This document shows, in pieces, positions 18,922 through 28,876 of a stretch of DNA of 64,000 nucleotides (position 1 is the stretch's first letter; every line of letters begins with the position of its first letter). The notes under the pieces were generated by a model, which saw only the letters and a program-made list of their open reading frames with translations, was not told where the DNA came from and ran no database searches. This DNA is from Patescibacteria group bacterium (GTDB lineage: Bacteria > Patescibacteriota > Patescibacteriia > Patescibacteriales > JBAZCA01): NCBI GenBank assembly GCA_041671125.1, contig JBAZCA010000006.1, forward strand, positions 3,184 through 67,183. Reading direction: 5' to 3'. Made by a program: the position numbers and the translations under genes.

Positions 18922-20130
18922 ATGATTTTTACTATTATCATATTCATAGCTGTATTAAGCCTTTTGGTTTTTGTCCATGAATTCGGGCATTTTTTCGTCG
19001 CGAGAAGATTCGGCGTTAAAGCCGAGGAGTTTGGCTTTGGTTTTCCGCCGCGGGCTTTTGGTTTTTATAAGTCAATTTCCGGGCGTTGGAAGCGGGTCGT
19101 CGGGAATAAAGAGGTGACTGACGCGGCTGACACGATTTATTCGGTAAACTATATTCCTATGGGCGGCTTTGTCCGGATTAAGGGCGAGCTTGGGCCTTCG
19201 GACGGTTCAATTCTTGGGGAATCTAAGGCGATGGCTGATGGCGGCAATGATAGTGACAGCTTTTTTTCAAAAAAAATCTGGGAGCGGGTGCTTATCATTT
19301 CCGCCGGAGTGGTTATGAACGTGGTTTTGGCGGCGGCTCTGCTTTCTATCGGTTTTATGGTTGGACTGCCCGGAGTGATTGACGAGAGCCTCGGGAAATC
19401 CGCCCGGGTGAGCGGTCAAAAGATCCAGGTGGTGGAAATTATTCCTGATTCGCCGGCGGCTAAGGCCGGTCTGCAAACAGGGGATACGATTGAAAGCGTT
19501 GACGGCAACGGGTTTTTAAAAATTGAGGATTTGCAGGATTACGTTGGCGTTAGGGCGGGAAAAGAGCTTAGTTACAAAATCCAGCGCTCCGGCGAAACTC
19601 TTGAAAAAACTTTGGTGCCCGAAATAATTAAGGAAACCGGCAAAGCCGGCATCGGCATCGGCATCGCTGAAACCGGACTGGTAAAATATCCCTGGTATCT
19701 GGCGATCTGGAAGGGGATAGTGAGCGCGGTTACGCTTATCTGGGTAATCATTACGGCTTTTTATGGCCTGATAAAATCTCTGATCATGGGTCAGGGAGTA
19801 TCCGGCGACTTAGCCGGTCCGGTCGGCATAGCGGTCTTAACCGGCCAGGTGGCGCGGATGGGGTTTATTTATCTTTTACAATTCACCGCCCTTTTATCAG
19901 TCAACCTAGCGGTCGTTAACTTTCTCCCGATTCCGGCCTTAGACGGCGGCCGGGTGCTTTTCCTTATTATTGAGCGGATTAAAGGCAGTCCGGTGAGAAG
20001 AGAGGTTGAAGCGATTATCCATAACATCGGTTTTATCCTTCTTATGATTCTCGTGGTTCTAGTAACTTTTAGGGATGTCCTTAATTTTAGGGAAGCTTTC
20101 ATTAATCTCTGGCAGAGGATTGTCGGGTAA
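18922..20130 (+). CDS. rseP: RIP metalloprotease RseP (site-2 protease, M50) with PDZ domain
   Basis: HEFGHFFVARRFG zinc motif, PDZ segment (SPAAKAGLQTGDTIESVDG) and C-terminal NLAVVNFLPIPALDGG. Confidence 0.9.
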   Translation: MIFTIIIFIAVLSLLVFVHEFGHFFVARRFGVKAEEFGFGFPPRAFGFYKSISGRWKRVVGNKEVTDAADTIYSVNYIPMGGFVRIKGELGPSDGSILGESKAMADGGNDSDSFFSKKIWERVLIISAGVVMNVVLAAALLSIGFMVGLPGVIDESLGKSARVSGQKIQVVEIIPDSPAAKAGLQTGDTIESVDGNGFLKIEDLQDYVGVRAGKELSYKIQRSGETLEKTLVPEIIKETGKAGIGIGIAETGLVKYPWYLAIWKGIVSAVTLIWVIITAFYGLIKSLIMGQGVSGDLAGPVGIAVLTGQVARMGFIYLLQFTALLSVNLAVVNFLPIPALDGGRVLFLIIERIKGSPVRREVEAIIHNIGFILLMILVVLVTFRDVLNFREAFINLWQRIVG

Positions 20131-20207
20131 ATATGTATGAATTATTTTGTGGTTGTTTCAGGGAAGGTTAGTTGATTTATAGCCGGGTTTGTTGTAATAT
20201 TACGGAT

Positions 20208-21938
20208 ATGCGGACTATTTACCTGCAATTCAGGGAAGCGGCCGAAAAATATAATAGACGTCCGATCGCGCGTTGGAAGCGGAAAAAACGCTGGCACTCC
20301 TTAAGTTACCAGAAATTCCTTAAAAAAGTGGACTTGCTCTCCGGAGGATTTAGAAAAGAGGGGATCAAAGAAGGGGATCGGGTGGCGATAATGAGCGAGA
20401 ATTGCCCGGAGTGGCTCATGACTGACCTCGCGTTAAATAAAATCGGCGCAGTAAGCGTCCCTATTCACATAACCTCCAACAGACCGTTCATTGAGTATAT
20501 CGTAAAAGATTCCATGAGCGGTTTTTTTATTGTCTCGGAAAAAGTTTTAAAAAAACACGAGGAAACCATAAAAGAGATCGCCAGGAATTTTAAGGTGGCG
20601 GTGATAAGGCGGGACGCGCCCTTTTTTAGCCGGTCCGCTGATGAGGCTGACATGGACGTTAATGCCGCGTCAGCCATCGGCTTAAGGGAAGAGCTTGGGA
20701 AAGAATATCTTGATTTTGATAATTTATTATCCCGGGAATATTCGGACGAACCGGCGGCTGACGGGAAACTCGCGAGCCTTATTTATACCTCTGGGACGAC
20801 TGGCGACCCCAAAGGCGTGATGCTTACCAATGAAAATTTTTTAACGAACGCTTTCGGCGCCATGGAAAAAATAAAAGTTTTTCCGCGGGACGTATTTTTG
20901 TCTTTTCTCCCTCTGTCCCATGTGCTTGAACGGCTGGCCGGCAGCTATGTGCCGATTCTTTCCGGCGCGGAAGTCGCTTACGCGCCGGATATTAAGGAGC
21001 TCGCCCGCAGTTTTTCTGAAGTCAAACCGACGATTTTTACCGGCGTGCCGAAAATATTTGAGAACAGTTACGAAAAGATCCGCGCGAAACTGGAAAAGAG
21101 CAATCCTCTCATTAAAAAGTTTTTCTATTATTCGCTAAATAAAAAAAGTCCGGCCTTTGCCAGGGCATTAGCCGATAAGTTCCTCTACGCGAAGATAAGG
21201 AAAAGTTTCGGCGGCCGTCTGCGTTTCGCTATTTCCGGGGGCGCGGCCATAAACGAACGGATAATAAAATTTTTCCGGAAAATCGGCGTAAAGATCGTGG
21301 AAGGCTACGGCTTAACCGAAACCTCGCCGATCGTGGCCATGAATACCCTTTTAGAGTCGAGAATCGGTTCAGTCGGCCGGCCGCTTCCGGGCGTGGAAAT
21401 TAAAATCGCTCCGGATAAAGAAATACTGGTAAAGGGAAAAAGCGTTATGTCCGGCTACTGGAACAAAGAGGAGATGACCGGCACCCATTTTACCGAAGAC
21501 GGCTGGTTTAAGACCGGCGACCTAGGATTTTTAGACCGGGAAAATTTTTTAACCATTATCGGCCGGAAAAAGGAAATGATTGTTACGACCAACGGCAAGA
21601 ATATCAGCCCGGAAAAAGTGGAGGCCATAATAAACCTGAACCCTTTAGTTAGCCAGTGCCTGGTAACCGGGCACAAAAAACCTTATTTAGCCTGTCTTAT
21701 CGTTCCCGAGTATGATCGGATTAAAGAAAAATACGGAGCGGATTGCGATTTAGAAAAATGCCTGGCCGATGAGATGGAAGAAATAAATAACCATCTCATG
21801 TCCCATGAACGGATAAAAAAAATCGCCGTCATCGGAAGTTCCTTTACGGTTGAAGCCGGCGAGCTTACCCCGACGCTAAAAGTGCGGAGAAGCGTTATTG
21901 AACATAAATACCGGAGGGAGATTGAGCGGTTGTATTAA
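20208..21938 (+). CDS. Long-chain acyl-CoA synthetase (AMP-forming ligase)
   Basis: ORF 20172..21938 (TTG), with ATG at 20208 preferred. AMP-binding motif LIYTSGTTGDPKGVML, plus GYGLTETSP and TGDLG. Confidence 0.85.
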   Translation: MRTIYLQFREAAEKYNRRPIARWKRKKRWHSLSYQKFLKKVDLLSGGFRKEGIKEGDRVAIMSENCPEWLMTDLALNKIGAVSVPIHITSNRPFIEYIVKDSMSGFFIVSEKVLKKHEETIKEIARNFKVAVIRRDAPFFSRSADEADMDVNAASAIGLREELGKEYLDFDNLLSREYSDEPAADGKLASLIYTSGTTGDPKGVMLTNENFLTNAFGAMEKIKVFPRDVFLSFLPLSHVLERLAGSYVPILSGAEVAYAPDIKELARSFSEVKPTIFTGVPKIFENSYEKIRAKLEKSNPLIKKFFYYSLNKKSPAFARALADKFLYAKIRKSFGGRLRFAISGGAAINERIIKFFRKIGVKIVEGYGLTETSPIVAMNTLLESRIGSVGRPLPGVEIKIAPDKEILVKGKSVMSGYWNKEEMTGTHFTEDGWFKTGDLGFLDRENFLTIIGRKKEMIVTTNGKNISPEKVEAIINLNPLVSQCLVTGHKKPYLACLIVPEYDRIKEKYGADCDLEKCLADEMEEINNHLMSHERIKKIAVIGSSFTVEAGELTPTLKVRRSVIEHKYRREIERLY

Positions 21939-21977
21939 AATACGGCTACTGCGATAAAGATATCATATTAAAAAAAT

Positions 21978-22001
21978 CCTTCCGGCTTGGAAGGTTTTTT
22001 T
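21978..22001. terminator. Rho-independent terminator between convergent genes
   Basis: ccttcc-ggctt-ggaagg hairpin flanked by an A-run upstream and a T-run downstream. Confidence 0.7.
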
Positions 22002-22027
22002 GTTGCTTTGATGATTTTTGCCGATGA

Positions 22028-22774
22028 TTAATGTTCAAGAAATTTTAAAGCGTACATAAGAATTATTCCGACCATGATGAATAAAAATTGTTTTAAGGAC
22101 TTTAAGGGATCGGCGTCTTTCCGGAGTTCGGGAAGAAGGTCGGCCATGGCGATATAAATAAATCCTCCGGCCGCGAGCGGTAAAAGGCTTGAAGAAATCT
22201 GCTCCGGCCGGATGCCCGCGACGAGGACAACGACCGCGCCCAGAACCGCGAAGAGGGCGGTAAGAAAGTTTAAGACAATAGCTTTGGCCCGGTTAAAACC
22301 GGCATAGATAAGCACGCCGAAGTCGCCGATTTCCTGGGGAATTTCATGGGCGATAACAGCGATAGTGGTAACTATTCCCAGCGGAAAGCTGATGATAAAA
22401 GCCCCGGCGATTACCATGCCGTCAATGAAATTATGGAGGCCGTCGCCGACCAGGTTCATAATCCCGAGATGGTGCGGGTGGTCCGGGGAAGTGGGGATGT
22501 GGCAGTGGCGCCAGCAGACCAGCCGTTCCAGGACAAAAAAAATAATTATTCCGGCCAAAAACCAAAACCAGGGAATAACCGAACCGCTGTTTTCGGAAAG
22601 GGCTTCGGGTAAAAGATGCAAAACCGCGCCGCCGAGCATAGTACCGGCTGAAAGGCTTACGAGAAGCATTACGGCTTTTTTTAATTTTTCCGGCTGGAGG
22701 GCGAGTGAGATTACGCCGACGAAAGATATCAGGGAGACGACGAAAACGGCGAGCAGGGAATATAGGGCAACCAT
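22028..22774 (-). CDS. ZIP family metal (zinc) transporter
   Basis: 8-TM profile, His-rich loop HCHIPTSPDHPHH, and HNFIDG / HEIPQEIGDF motifs. Confidence 0.85.
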   Translation of the reverse strand: MVALYSLLAVFVVSLISFVGVISLALQPEKLKKAVMLLVSLSAGTMLGGAVLHLLPEALSENSGSVIPWFWFLAGIIIFFVLERLVCWRHCHIPTSPDHPHHLGIMNLVGDGLHNFIDGMVIAGAFIISFPLGIVTTIAVIAHEIPQEIGDFGVLIYAGFNRAKAIVLNFLTALFAVLGAVVVLVAGIRPEQISSSLLPLAAGGFIYIAMADLLPELRKDADPLKSLKQFLFIMVGIILMYALKFLEH

Positions 22775-22993
22775 AGTAAATTATGTTAAATATAGTTAAT
22801 CAAGCTTAGCTATATGTTAGCACTATTTTTCGCTTTTCGGCAAATGTAATATGGAATTTTACCATGTAATTTAGCAAAGCGCCGGAAGCATTTAGCGCCC
22901 GGTGCGCGAGTCTGGTTTCCGCCTTTGACTGGAGGGCTTTTTTAGACTATGATGTATTTACTTTAAGACTCCCTTTTTCACCAACCCTTCATT

Positions 22994-23389
22994 ATGAAAT
23001 TGACCATAAAAAACAGCCAGTTGCCGGTCGGTCCCGAACAATTTTTAAGAAGAGCCGGATATGGCTATATTGAGGACCGGCGGCGGGGAACGGCGAGCTT
23101 TGTCCGGCGACTCTCGTCTAATTTTTATCCGAGGCTTCATGTGTATGTTGAGCGGGAAGGCGACAGCGTGTCGTTTAATCTCCATCTGGATCAGAAGCAG
23201 GCGAGTTACGCCGGAGCGCGCGCTCATAACGCCGAATACGACGGACCGATAGTAGAAGGGGAGATGGAGAGAATTAAAAATTTAGTCAGCCAGGGAATGT
23301 CTGCCGGAGCCAGCCGGAATCCGGATGAAGCCGTTAAGCCGGAATACGATAAAAAAGAGGAGGGATGGTGGAGAAAGATTTTTAAGTGA
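22994..23389 (+). CDS. Hypothetical protein
   Basis: 131-aa ORF with coherent composition. No domain recognised. Confidence 0.45.
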   Translation: MKLTIKNSQLPVGPEQFLRRAGYGYIEDRRRGTASFVRRLSSNFYPRLHVYVEREGDSVSFNLHLDQKQASYAGARAHNAEYDGPIVEGEMERIKNLVSQGMSAGASRNPDEAVKPEYDKKEEGWWRKIFK

Positions 23390-23475
23390 CAAGAATTCGC
23401 GTCAAAGTTTGAAAATTAAAAATTGTCCGCCAGAGGCGGATCCGCCTTTGGCGGAAAAATTGGAAATTTAATCTT

Positions 23476-25377
23476 ATGCAGCCTTCGGACGAGATAAAAT
23501 CAAAACTGGATATCGTTGATGTTATCCGCGAATACATACCGCTCCGGCCGGCCGGGATGAATTTTCGCGCCAATTGCCCGTTCCATAATGAGAAGTCGCC
23601 TTCGTTCATGGTCTCCCCGGAAAAGCAAATCTGGCATTGCTTCGGTTGTGGTAAAGGCGGCGATGTCTTATCTTTTGTTATGGAAATGGAAGGCTTAAGT
23701 TTTATTGAAACTCTCCGGGCGCTCGCTCCCCGGGCCGGGGTGGTTTTAAAAAAGACTGATTCAAAAATTGAATCTAAAAGAAACCGGCTTTTAGATATCC
23801 TTGAAATTTCGGCTGAATTTTACCATGAGGCGCTACTCCGCCACCCGGAAGCCGGATCGGCTCGCGAATATTTAAAAGGCCGGGGATTGAAAAACGAAAC
23901 TTTGGAAGACTGGAAAATCGGCTACAGTTTTGATTCCTGGGACCGGCTGTTTCTTTTTTTAAAAAAAAGGGGCTATGAGGAGAATGAAATATTCATGGCC
24001 GGCATGGCGGTGCGGAAGGAAAAAGGCGGCGGTTTTTACGACCGGTTTCGCGGCCGGATTATGTTTCCCATAAAAAATATCAACGGCAATGTTGTGGGAT
24101 TCTCCGCCCGGGTGAGTCCGGAAAAGGAAAAGACCGAAGTGATGGGAAAATATATTAACAGTCCGGCGACTCTGGTTTATGATAAATCAAAAATTCTTTT
24201 TGGCCTCTATAAAGCTAAAATGGAAATAAAGAAAAAAAATTTAGTCATTATAACCGAAGGTCAGATGGACGTCATCACTTCCCATCAAGCCGGTTTTTTA
24301 AATACCATCGCTTCGTCCGGAACGGCCCTTACCGAAGAGCAGGTCAAGTTGGTAAAAAGATACACGATGAATATCGCCCTGGCTTTTGATTCTGACGCGG
24401 CGGGAGAAATGGCGGCCGAGCGCGGGGCCGGGGAAGCCATGGCGGCGGGCATGAATATTTCGGTAATAGAAGTTCCTTTGGGAAAAGATCCGGACGAATG
24501 CATAAAAAAAGATCCGGAGGAATGGACCCGGGCCGTCGCAGAGGCCAAGCCGATCATGCAGTATTTTTTTGACCAGACTTTTTCCCGCCTTAATCCGGAA
24601 AAAATTGACGAAAAGCGTGAAGCCGCCCGGAAGCTTATCGGCTCCATATCGCGCCTCGGAAACCGGATAGAAGAAGATTTTTGGCTGAGAAAATTGGGTC
24701 AGAAAATTGACGTTCCGGAAAATATTTTAAGGGAAACCCTGGCTAAAATCAGGGAAACCCAAAAATCCCGTGAAGAAAAAAGGTCGTTTTCGGGTAATAC
24801 GGAGAGGCGAACCGGACAGCCGGGAGAAAAGGCGGGCGTTTTAGCCGGACGCAAGCCAAGGCAGACCCGCGAAGAGCTTTTATCGGATATTTTTTTAGCT
24901 TTGCTCTTAAGATTCCCTTCGCACCTGCCGCATGCCGTCGCTAGCGTAAGCCTTGACTGCCTGGCGCAAAATTCTAAGCCTATTTACAGCAACCTGATTT
25001 TTTATTATAATAACATTGGAAAAGAACTAATCTTTGAAGCAGACCCGGAAAACCTAAGCAAGGTTTTTTACGAAGATTTTAAATGCTGGATTCTTGACCG
25101 CGACGGCGATGAAACCGGCGGTGATCTTGATTTTCTATCCCTTTTAGGCGAGAGGGATTGTTATCATTTGGGAACCGAGGAAGCCGGAAAGGAGATACTC
25201 CGGATATCCATTGAGCTGAAAAAAAATTATCTTGCCGGCCGCCTTAAGGAAATTGAAAAGCTGATTAGCGCGGCCGAAGCCTCGCCGGACGATTTTGCCG
25301 GGAAAGAAAACGAGATGGCGTCTTTGTTGAAAGAATTTAGGGAATTGGTTGATGAAAAAAGGGGAATGGATGGATGA
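23476..25377 (+). CDS. dnaG: DNA primase
   Basis: Zinc finger CPFHNEKSPSF...CFGCGKGGD, TOPRIM motifs ITEGQMDV and AFDSDAAG. Confidence 0.95.
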   Translation: MQPSDEIKSKLDIVDVIREYIPLRPAGMNFRANCPFHNEKSPSFMVSPEKQIWHCFGCGKGGDVLSFVMEMEGLSFIETLRALAPRAGVVLKKTDSKIESKRNRLLDILEISAEFYHEALLRHPEAGSAREYLKGRGLKNETLEDWKIGYSFDSWDRLFLFLKKRGYEENEIFMAGMAVRKEKGGGFYDRFRGRIMFPIKNINGNVVGFSARVSPEKEKTEVMGKYINSPATLVYDKSKILFGLYKAKMEIKKKNLVIITEGQMDVITSHQAGFLNTIASSGTALTEEQVKLVKRYTMNIALAFDSDAAGEMAAERGAGEAMAAGMNISVIEVPLGKDPDECIKKDPEEWTRAVAEAKPIMQYFFDQTFSRLNPEKIDEKREAARKLIGSISRLGNRIEEDFWLRKLGQKIDVPENILRETLAKIRETQKSREEKRSFSGNTERRTGQPGEKAGVLAGRKPRQTREELLSDIFLALLLRFPSHLPHAVASVSLDCLAQNSKPIYSNLIFYYNNIGKELIFEADPENLSKVFYEDFKCWILDRDGDETGGDLDFLSLLGERDCYHLGTEEAGKEILRISIELKKNYLAGRLKEIEKLISAAEASPDDFAGKENEMASLLKEFRELVDEKRGMDG

Positions 25378-25396
25378 ATTTTAAATTACAAAATAT

Positions 25397-25507
25397 TATT
25401 TCCTCCCCCTTACAAAGGGGGAGGTCAGGAGGGGGTAATACGATCTTAGGTAAAAACCCCTCCCCATCCCTCCCCTTCGTAAGGGGAGGGAGTCCGTTTC
25501 GTAATTT
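25397..25507. repeat. Family-B double-hairpin repeat (cctccccc..gggggagg + ccctcccctt..aaggggaggg)
   Basis: Two GC hairpins between dnaG and rpoD. An inverted near-copy lies at 51867-51975. Confidence 0.8.
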
Positions 25508-25518
25508 ATAAAAAGTTA

Positions 25519-26802
25519 ATGGCAAAGAAAAAAAACAATCTGAAAAAGATAAAAAAAGCCGTGAAAAAAACGAATAAAAATAAACCTTCAAAGAAGGCTT
25601 TGTTCAGGTCGGCTAAAAAGAAACAGGTTAAGTTAAGAGCTGTAAAAAAAATATTTTTCCGGGTCGCGAAACCGGCAAAGAAAAATAAGGTAAGAGTGAT
25701 TGAGGTTTTGCCGATAAAATTTCCCGGCGCCGAAGACATGAAAAAACTCATAGAAAAAGGCCGGATGCGCGGATTTGTCACTGAAACCGAACTGCTTTAT
25801 GTTTTCCCCGAAATAGAAGAATATGTTTTTGATTTTGAGCTCTTCCTAGAGTCATTGCAAAAAAACGGTATCCGCATCATTGAGTCTCCGAAGAGCTTTC
25901 TTGAAATCGGGCCGAAGAAGACGGAAAAAGAAATAAAAGCCGAAGAAAAACTAAAAATAGACCTGGCCGGACTCCATAGCGTTGATTCAATCCAGATGTA
26001 CCTTAAGGAGATCGGCAAAGTGCCGCTTTTAACCCAGGAAGAGGAAGTGGAGCTTTCTAAGAGGAAGGAAAAAGGCGAAAAAGAAGCCGAACGCCGGCTC
26101 ATAGAAGCGAATCTAAGGCTCGTCGTTTCTATCGCCAAGAAGTTCGTCGGCGCCAAGGGGCTCTCGCTTTTGGATCTTATTCAGGAAGGCAATATCGGGT
26201 TGTTTCGGGCGGTGGAAAAGTTTGAGTACCGCAAAGGCTATAAGTTTTCCACTTACGCCACCTGGTGGATCAGGCAGGCGATTACCCGGGCTTTAGCCGA
26301 CCAGTCCCGGACTATCCGCATTCCGGTTCATATGGTTGAGACGATAAACCGGTTCCAGCAAATAGAGCGGCAGTTAATTCAGGATCTCGGACGCGAACCT
26401 TTGCCCGAGGAAATCGCGGCCGAAATGAACGAGGAAATTGATAAGGTTAGGCACATCATAAAAATTTCTCAGGATACGGTATCGCTCGGCACCTCGGTCG
26501 GCGAAGACGAGGACGATTCAACTTTAGAAGATTTCATTGAAGACGTAAAAAACGTAACTCCGGACAGGACCGCGGCCTTAAGCCTTTTAAAGGATTATGT
26601 TAAACAGGTAATCTCCGACCTTTCAGCGCGGGAGCAGAAAATCCTTGAGATGCGTTTCGGCCTCGCGGACGGCGTTACCCACACTTTAGAAGAAGTCGGC
26701 CAGGAGTTTGACGTGACCCGGGAACGGATCCGGCAGATTGAAGCCAAAGCCCTGGAACGGATCCGGCGGCACGCCCAGATAAAGAAATTGCAGGACTTTT
26801 AA
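25519..26802 (+). CDS. rpoD: RNA polymerase sigma factor RpoD (sigma-70) with Lys-rich N-terminal extension
   Basis: Regions 2-4: [55 protein letters not shown]. Confidence 0.95.
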   Translation: MAKKKNNLKKIKKAVKKTNKNKPSKKALFRSAKKKQVKLRAVKKIFFRVAKPAKKNKVRVIEVLPIKFPGAEDMKKLIEKGRMRGFVTETELLYVFPEIEEYVFDFELFLESLQKNGIRIIESPKSFLEIGPKKTEKEIKAEEKLKIDLAGLHSVDSIQMYLKEIGKVPLLTQEEEVELSKRKEKGEKEAERRLIEANLRLVVSIAKKFVGAKGLSLLDLIQEGNIGLFRAVEKFEYRKGYKFSTYATWWIRQAITRALADQSRTIRIPVHMVETINRFQQIERQLIQDLGREPLPEEIAAEMNEEIDKVRHIIKISQDTVSLGTSVGEDEDDSTLEDFIEDVKNVTPDRTAALSLLKDYVKQVISDLSAREQKILEMRFGLADGVTHTLEEVGQEFDVTRERIRQIEAKALERIRRHAQIKKLQDF

Positions 26803-26805
26803 AGA

Positions 26806-26886
26806 ATTTTTAATTTTATAATTTTTTAATTTTGTAAATATTTGTCCGCAAGAATTTTTTTAAAAATTACAAAATTAAAAATTTAG
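26806..26886. repeat. Family-C AT-rich palindromic element
   Basis: aattttttaattttgtaaat ... aaaattacaaaattaaaaatt inverted arms. Related copy at 55719-55857, with motif fragments at 17170-17257 and 23411-23425. Confidence 0.6.
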
Positions 26887-26890
26887 ATTT

Positions 26891-28282
26891 ATGAAGAAAT
26901 TCCCCATGCTTTCGCTATTAATGGTAGCGACCCTTTTAACTTCCTATCCGGCTCCGGTTCTCGGGGAGGATACGGCGGCTTCGGCCGGCGATGATTCCGT
27001 TGCCGAAGTTGAAGTGACCGCCGATGACACCGGCTTGAGCGGCGAGGCGATAAACAGCGCTACGGCCGAAGAGACCGAAAAAGTGGAAACCACCGGCACT
27101 ATGATTGAAATCGGCAATACAACGGCCGAGGAGACAACAGTAGTAGTAAGAGTTCCCGACGGCCAGGGCGGCACGACCGATGAAACTTTGCAAATAAGCA
27201 AAGCGACCGGCCTGACTAACGACGCCGGGCAGAAAACCGGTTTAGACGACTGGATCGCCGGCGATCAGCTTACTTTCTCAGCCATTAAAAACAAAAACAG
27301 CGGCGAATACATCGCTTCACGGATTAAGAACCGGGCCATGAAAAAGGGCTTTAAGGGCGCTAACGGCTGGATTAAGGAAATCCGGGCTGATAAAAACGAA
27401 GTGGACGTCATATACGGAAAAGTGATCTATACTCTTGACGTATCCGCCGCGAAAATGGTGGCTGGCCTTAAGAATCCGGCCGCCATTACCGACTTATTGG
27501 CCGGCGACCGGATCAGAGCGAGAATTATTGAAGATAATGACGGGAACGGATTGACCTGGGACGCGAAAACTTTGGTGGTTTTACGGCGCGGCAAAACACT
27601 GTTTATGAAAGTATCCCGCTGGGTAGTGCCGGGAAAAATCGTCAGCCTGCCGGATGATTTGTCGGCCGCGGATGGCGTGATGGTAATTGAAATACTGCCT
27701 AATAAATTTTACCAAAAAGGCGACGTCAATAATTTAATTGGCGAGCCCGGTGAAAAATTAGAAGTCCTGATTAATAATAAGACCCAACTCAGGCGGAGAT
27801 TTATGGGCAAGTGCCTTTTAGGGGAATTTACCGAAGGCGATACGGTTCAGGTATTAGGCCGCCTAAACGAAATCACCGGCCAGCTGGACGCGAAAATGAT
27901 CCGGGATAATTCCATCCAGAAATTAGGCGTCGCGACCCGGGTGGCGAAAATCAATAGCGTCAACACGGCTAACAATACCCTTACCGCGGTTTACGGCAAC
28001 AGTAAAAAAGAATTTATTGTAACGCTCGCCAAGGACGGTAAAGTCTATGAGCGGACAGCGACCAGCTCTGAAGACCTGAAAACTGTAACTTTAAAAACTA
28101 TAAATTTTTCCGATTTGATTTCAGGCAGAAGAATCAGGATCAGGGGAGTAGCAAATAAGCGGAACGCGGCCATAGCCGCCCAGACGATTGTCATGTTGCC
28201 CGAACAGGTAGTCGCGGATGGCAATCAGAATGCTGACAGTAATACGCAAGAAAATTCCGATAATTCCAATTCCAGCCAGTAG
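26891..28282 (+). CDS. Secreted hypothetical protein
   Basis: Signal peptide MKKFPMLSLLMVATLLTSYPAPVLG. 463 aa. No catalytic motif recognised. Confidence 0.6.
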   Translation: MKKFPMLSLLMVATLLTSYPAPVLGEDTAASAGDDSVAEVEVTADDTGLSGEAINSATAEETEKVETTGTMIEIGNTTAEETTVVVRVPDGQGGTTDETLQISKATGLTNDAGQKTGLDDWIAGDQLTFSAIKNKNSGEYIASRIKNRAMKKGFKGANGWIKEIRADKNEVDVIYGKVIYTLDVSAAKMVAGLKNPAAITDLLAGDRIRARIIEDNDGNGLTWDAKTLVVLRRGKTLFMKVSRWVVPGKIVSLPDDLSAADGVMVIEILPNKFYQKGDVNNLIGEPGEKLEVLINNKTQLRRRFMGKCLLGEFTEGDTVQVLGRLNEITGQLDAKMIRDNSIQKLGVATRVAKINSVNTANNTLTAVYGNSKKEFIVTLAKDGKVYERTATSSEDLKTVTLKTINFSDLISGRRIRIRGVANKRNAAIAAQTIVMLPEQVVADGNQNADSNTQENSDNSNSSQ

Positions 28283-28350
28283 TAGAAATATCCCGCCGGG
28301 GCGTCTCTACAACTGTCTGAAAAATTTTTTAGTAAAGGACTATTAAAAGG

Positions 28351-28386
28351 GTAGAAACGCCCCGGCGGGGCGTTTCTACGTTTTTA
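28351..28386 (+). terminator. Rho-independent terminator built from a family-D palindrome
   Basis: Perfect palindrome gtagaaacgccccggcggggcgtttctac followed by gttttt. A degenerate half-copy lies at 28283-28310. Confidence 0.7.
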
Positions 28387-28390
28387 ATTA

Positions 28391-28419
28391 TTGACTTTTA
28401 GGCGGGTATTTATTAAACT
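28391..28419 (+). promoter_or_regulatory. Candidate promoter for the tRNA-like array and tRNA-Asn
   Basis: TTGACT, 17-nt spacer, TAAACT. Followed by a 7-bp hairpin plus T-run at 28442-28466. Confidence 0.4.
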
Positions 28420-28478
28420 ATGTTTAGTGCCAAAAAGGCTGTGAGATGGTTGCATCTCATGTTTTTATTTGCAACATA

Positions 28479-28547
28479 TTCCCGGCCTGTCCGCCTCTGG
28501 CGGAGTAGCGTATTCGTCGGTTGGCGAAGCGGTTGGCCAGGATGAGG
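28479..28547 (+). other. Degenerate tRNA-Asn-derived unit 1
   Basis: Shares ttcccgg (acceptor 5'), GTAGCGTA (D-arm start) and tcgtcggtt (T-arm start) with the tRNA downstream. Carries an inserted ccgcctctggcgg hairpin and lacks an anticodon arm. Confidence 0.45.
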
Positions 28548-28559
28548 TAAAATTATATA

Positions 28560-28636
28560 TTCCCGGCCCCAAAGGGGAGCCTTTGGCTGTAGCGTAACCC
28601 GATGGGTTCCCTTTGGGGCCGGTGCGCAGTCGCATG
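28560..28636 (+). other. Degenerate tRNA-Asn-derived unit 2 with a perfect 14-bp closing stem
   Basis: ttcccgg leader. ccggccccaaaggg (28563-28576) pairs perfectly with ccctttggggccgg (28609-28622). Internal GTAGCGTA and two small hairpins. The trailer gtcgcatg matches the tRNA trailer. Confidence 0.45.
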
Positions 28637-28693
28637 TTTTACGTTTATATAGCTTTTGGATAAAAAAAGAATCATCAAGAGTTTGAATATAAT

Positions 28694-28768
28694 TCCCGGG
28701 TAGCGCAGCGGTAGCGCAGCTCGCTGTTAACGAGTTGGTCGTCGGTTCGAATCCGACCCCGGGAGCCA
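28694..28768 (+). tRNA. tRNA-Asn (anticodon GTT), CCA encoded
   Basis: Manual cloverleaf: acceptor tcccggg/cccggga, D stem gcgc/gcgc, anticodon loop ctGTTaa, T arm gtcgg-ttcgaat-ccgac, discriminator g, CCA. Confidence 0.93.
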
Positions 28769-28776
28769 CGTCGCAT

Positions 28777-28802
28777 GCGCCTGCCTTTGGCAGGCGTTTT
28801 TT
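28777..28802 (+). terminator. Rho-independent terminator after tRNA-Asn
   Basis: gcgcctgcc-tttg-ggcaggcg hairpin followed by tttttt. Confidence 0.75.
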
Positions 28803-28876
28803 AATTATGAAAACCTTTTTGGATATTCGGTAATTTTATGATAAAATTAGATATATAATTATTAATCTAATATATT

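Noticed and set aside
19645-19670. Short tandem repeat ggcatcggcatcggcatcgc.
   Set aside because: It encodes GIGIGI inside a membrane-proximal segment of rseP, has only three units and stays in-frame, so it is not a plausible contingency locus.
22775-22993. Possible Zur box or small RNA in the divergent ZIP-transporter / hypothetical-gene intergenic region.
   Set aside because: Only weak direct repeats (ttagc) and an unconvincing hairpin before a T-run. No palindrome resembling a Zur/Fur box could be supported by eye.
25337-25781. Minus-strand ORFs 25337..25591 and 25506..25781.
   Set aside because: They translate the family-B hairpin repeat ([11 protein letters not shown]-type peptides) and the antisense of the Lys-rich rpoD 5' end. 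rpoD on the plus strand is unambiguous.
28413-28769. 118-aa minus-strand ORF from the ORF track.
   Set aside because: It is antisense to tRNA-Asn and the hairpin-rich tRNA-like units, and its translation is repeat-derived low-complexity sequence.
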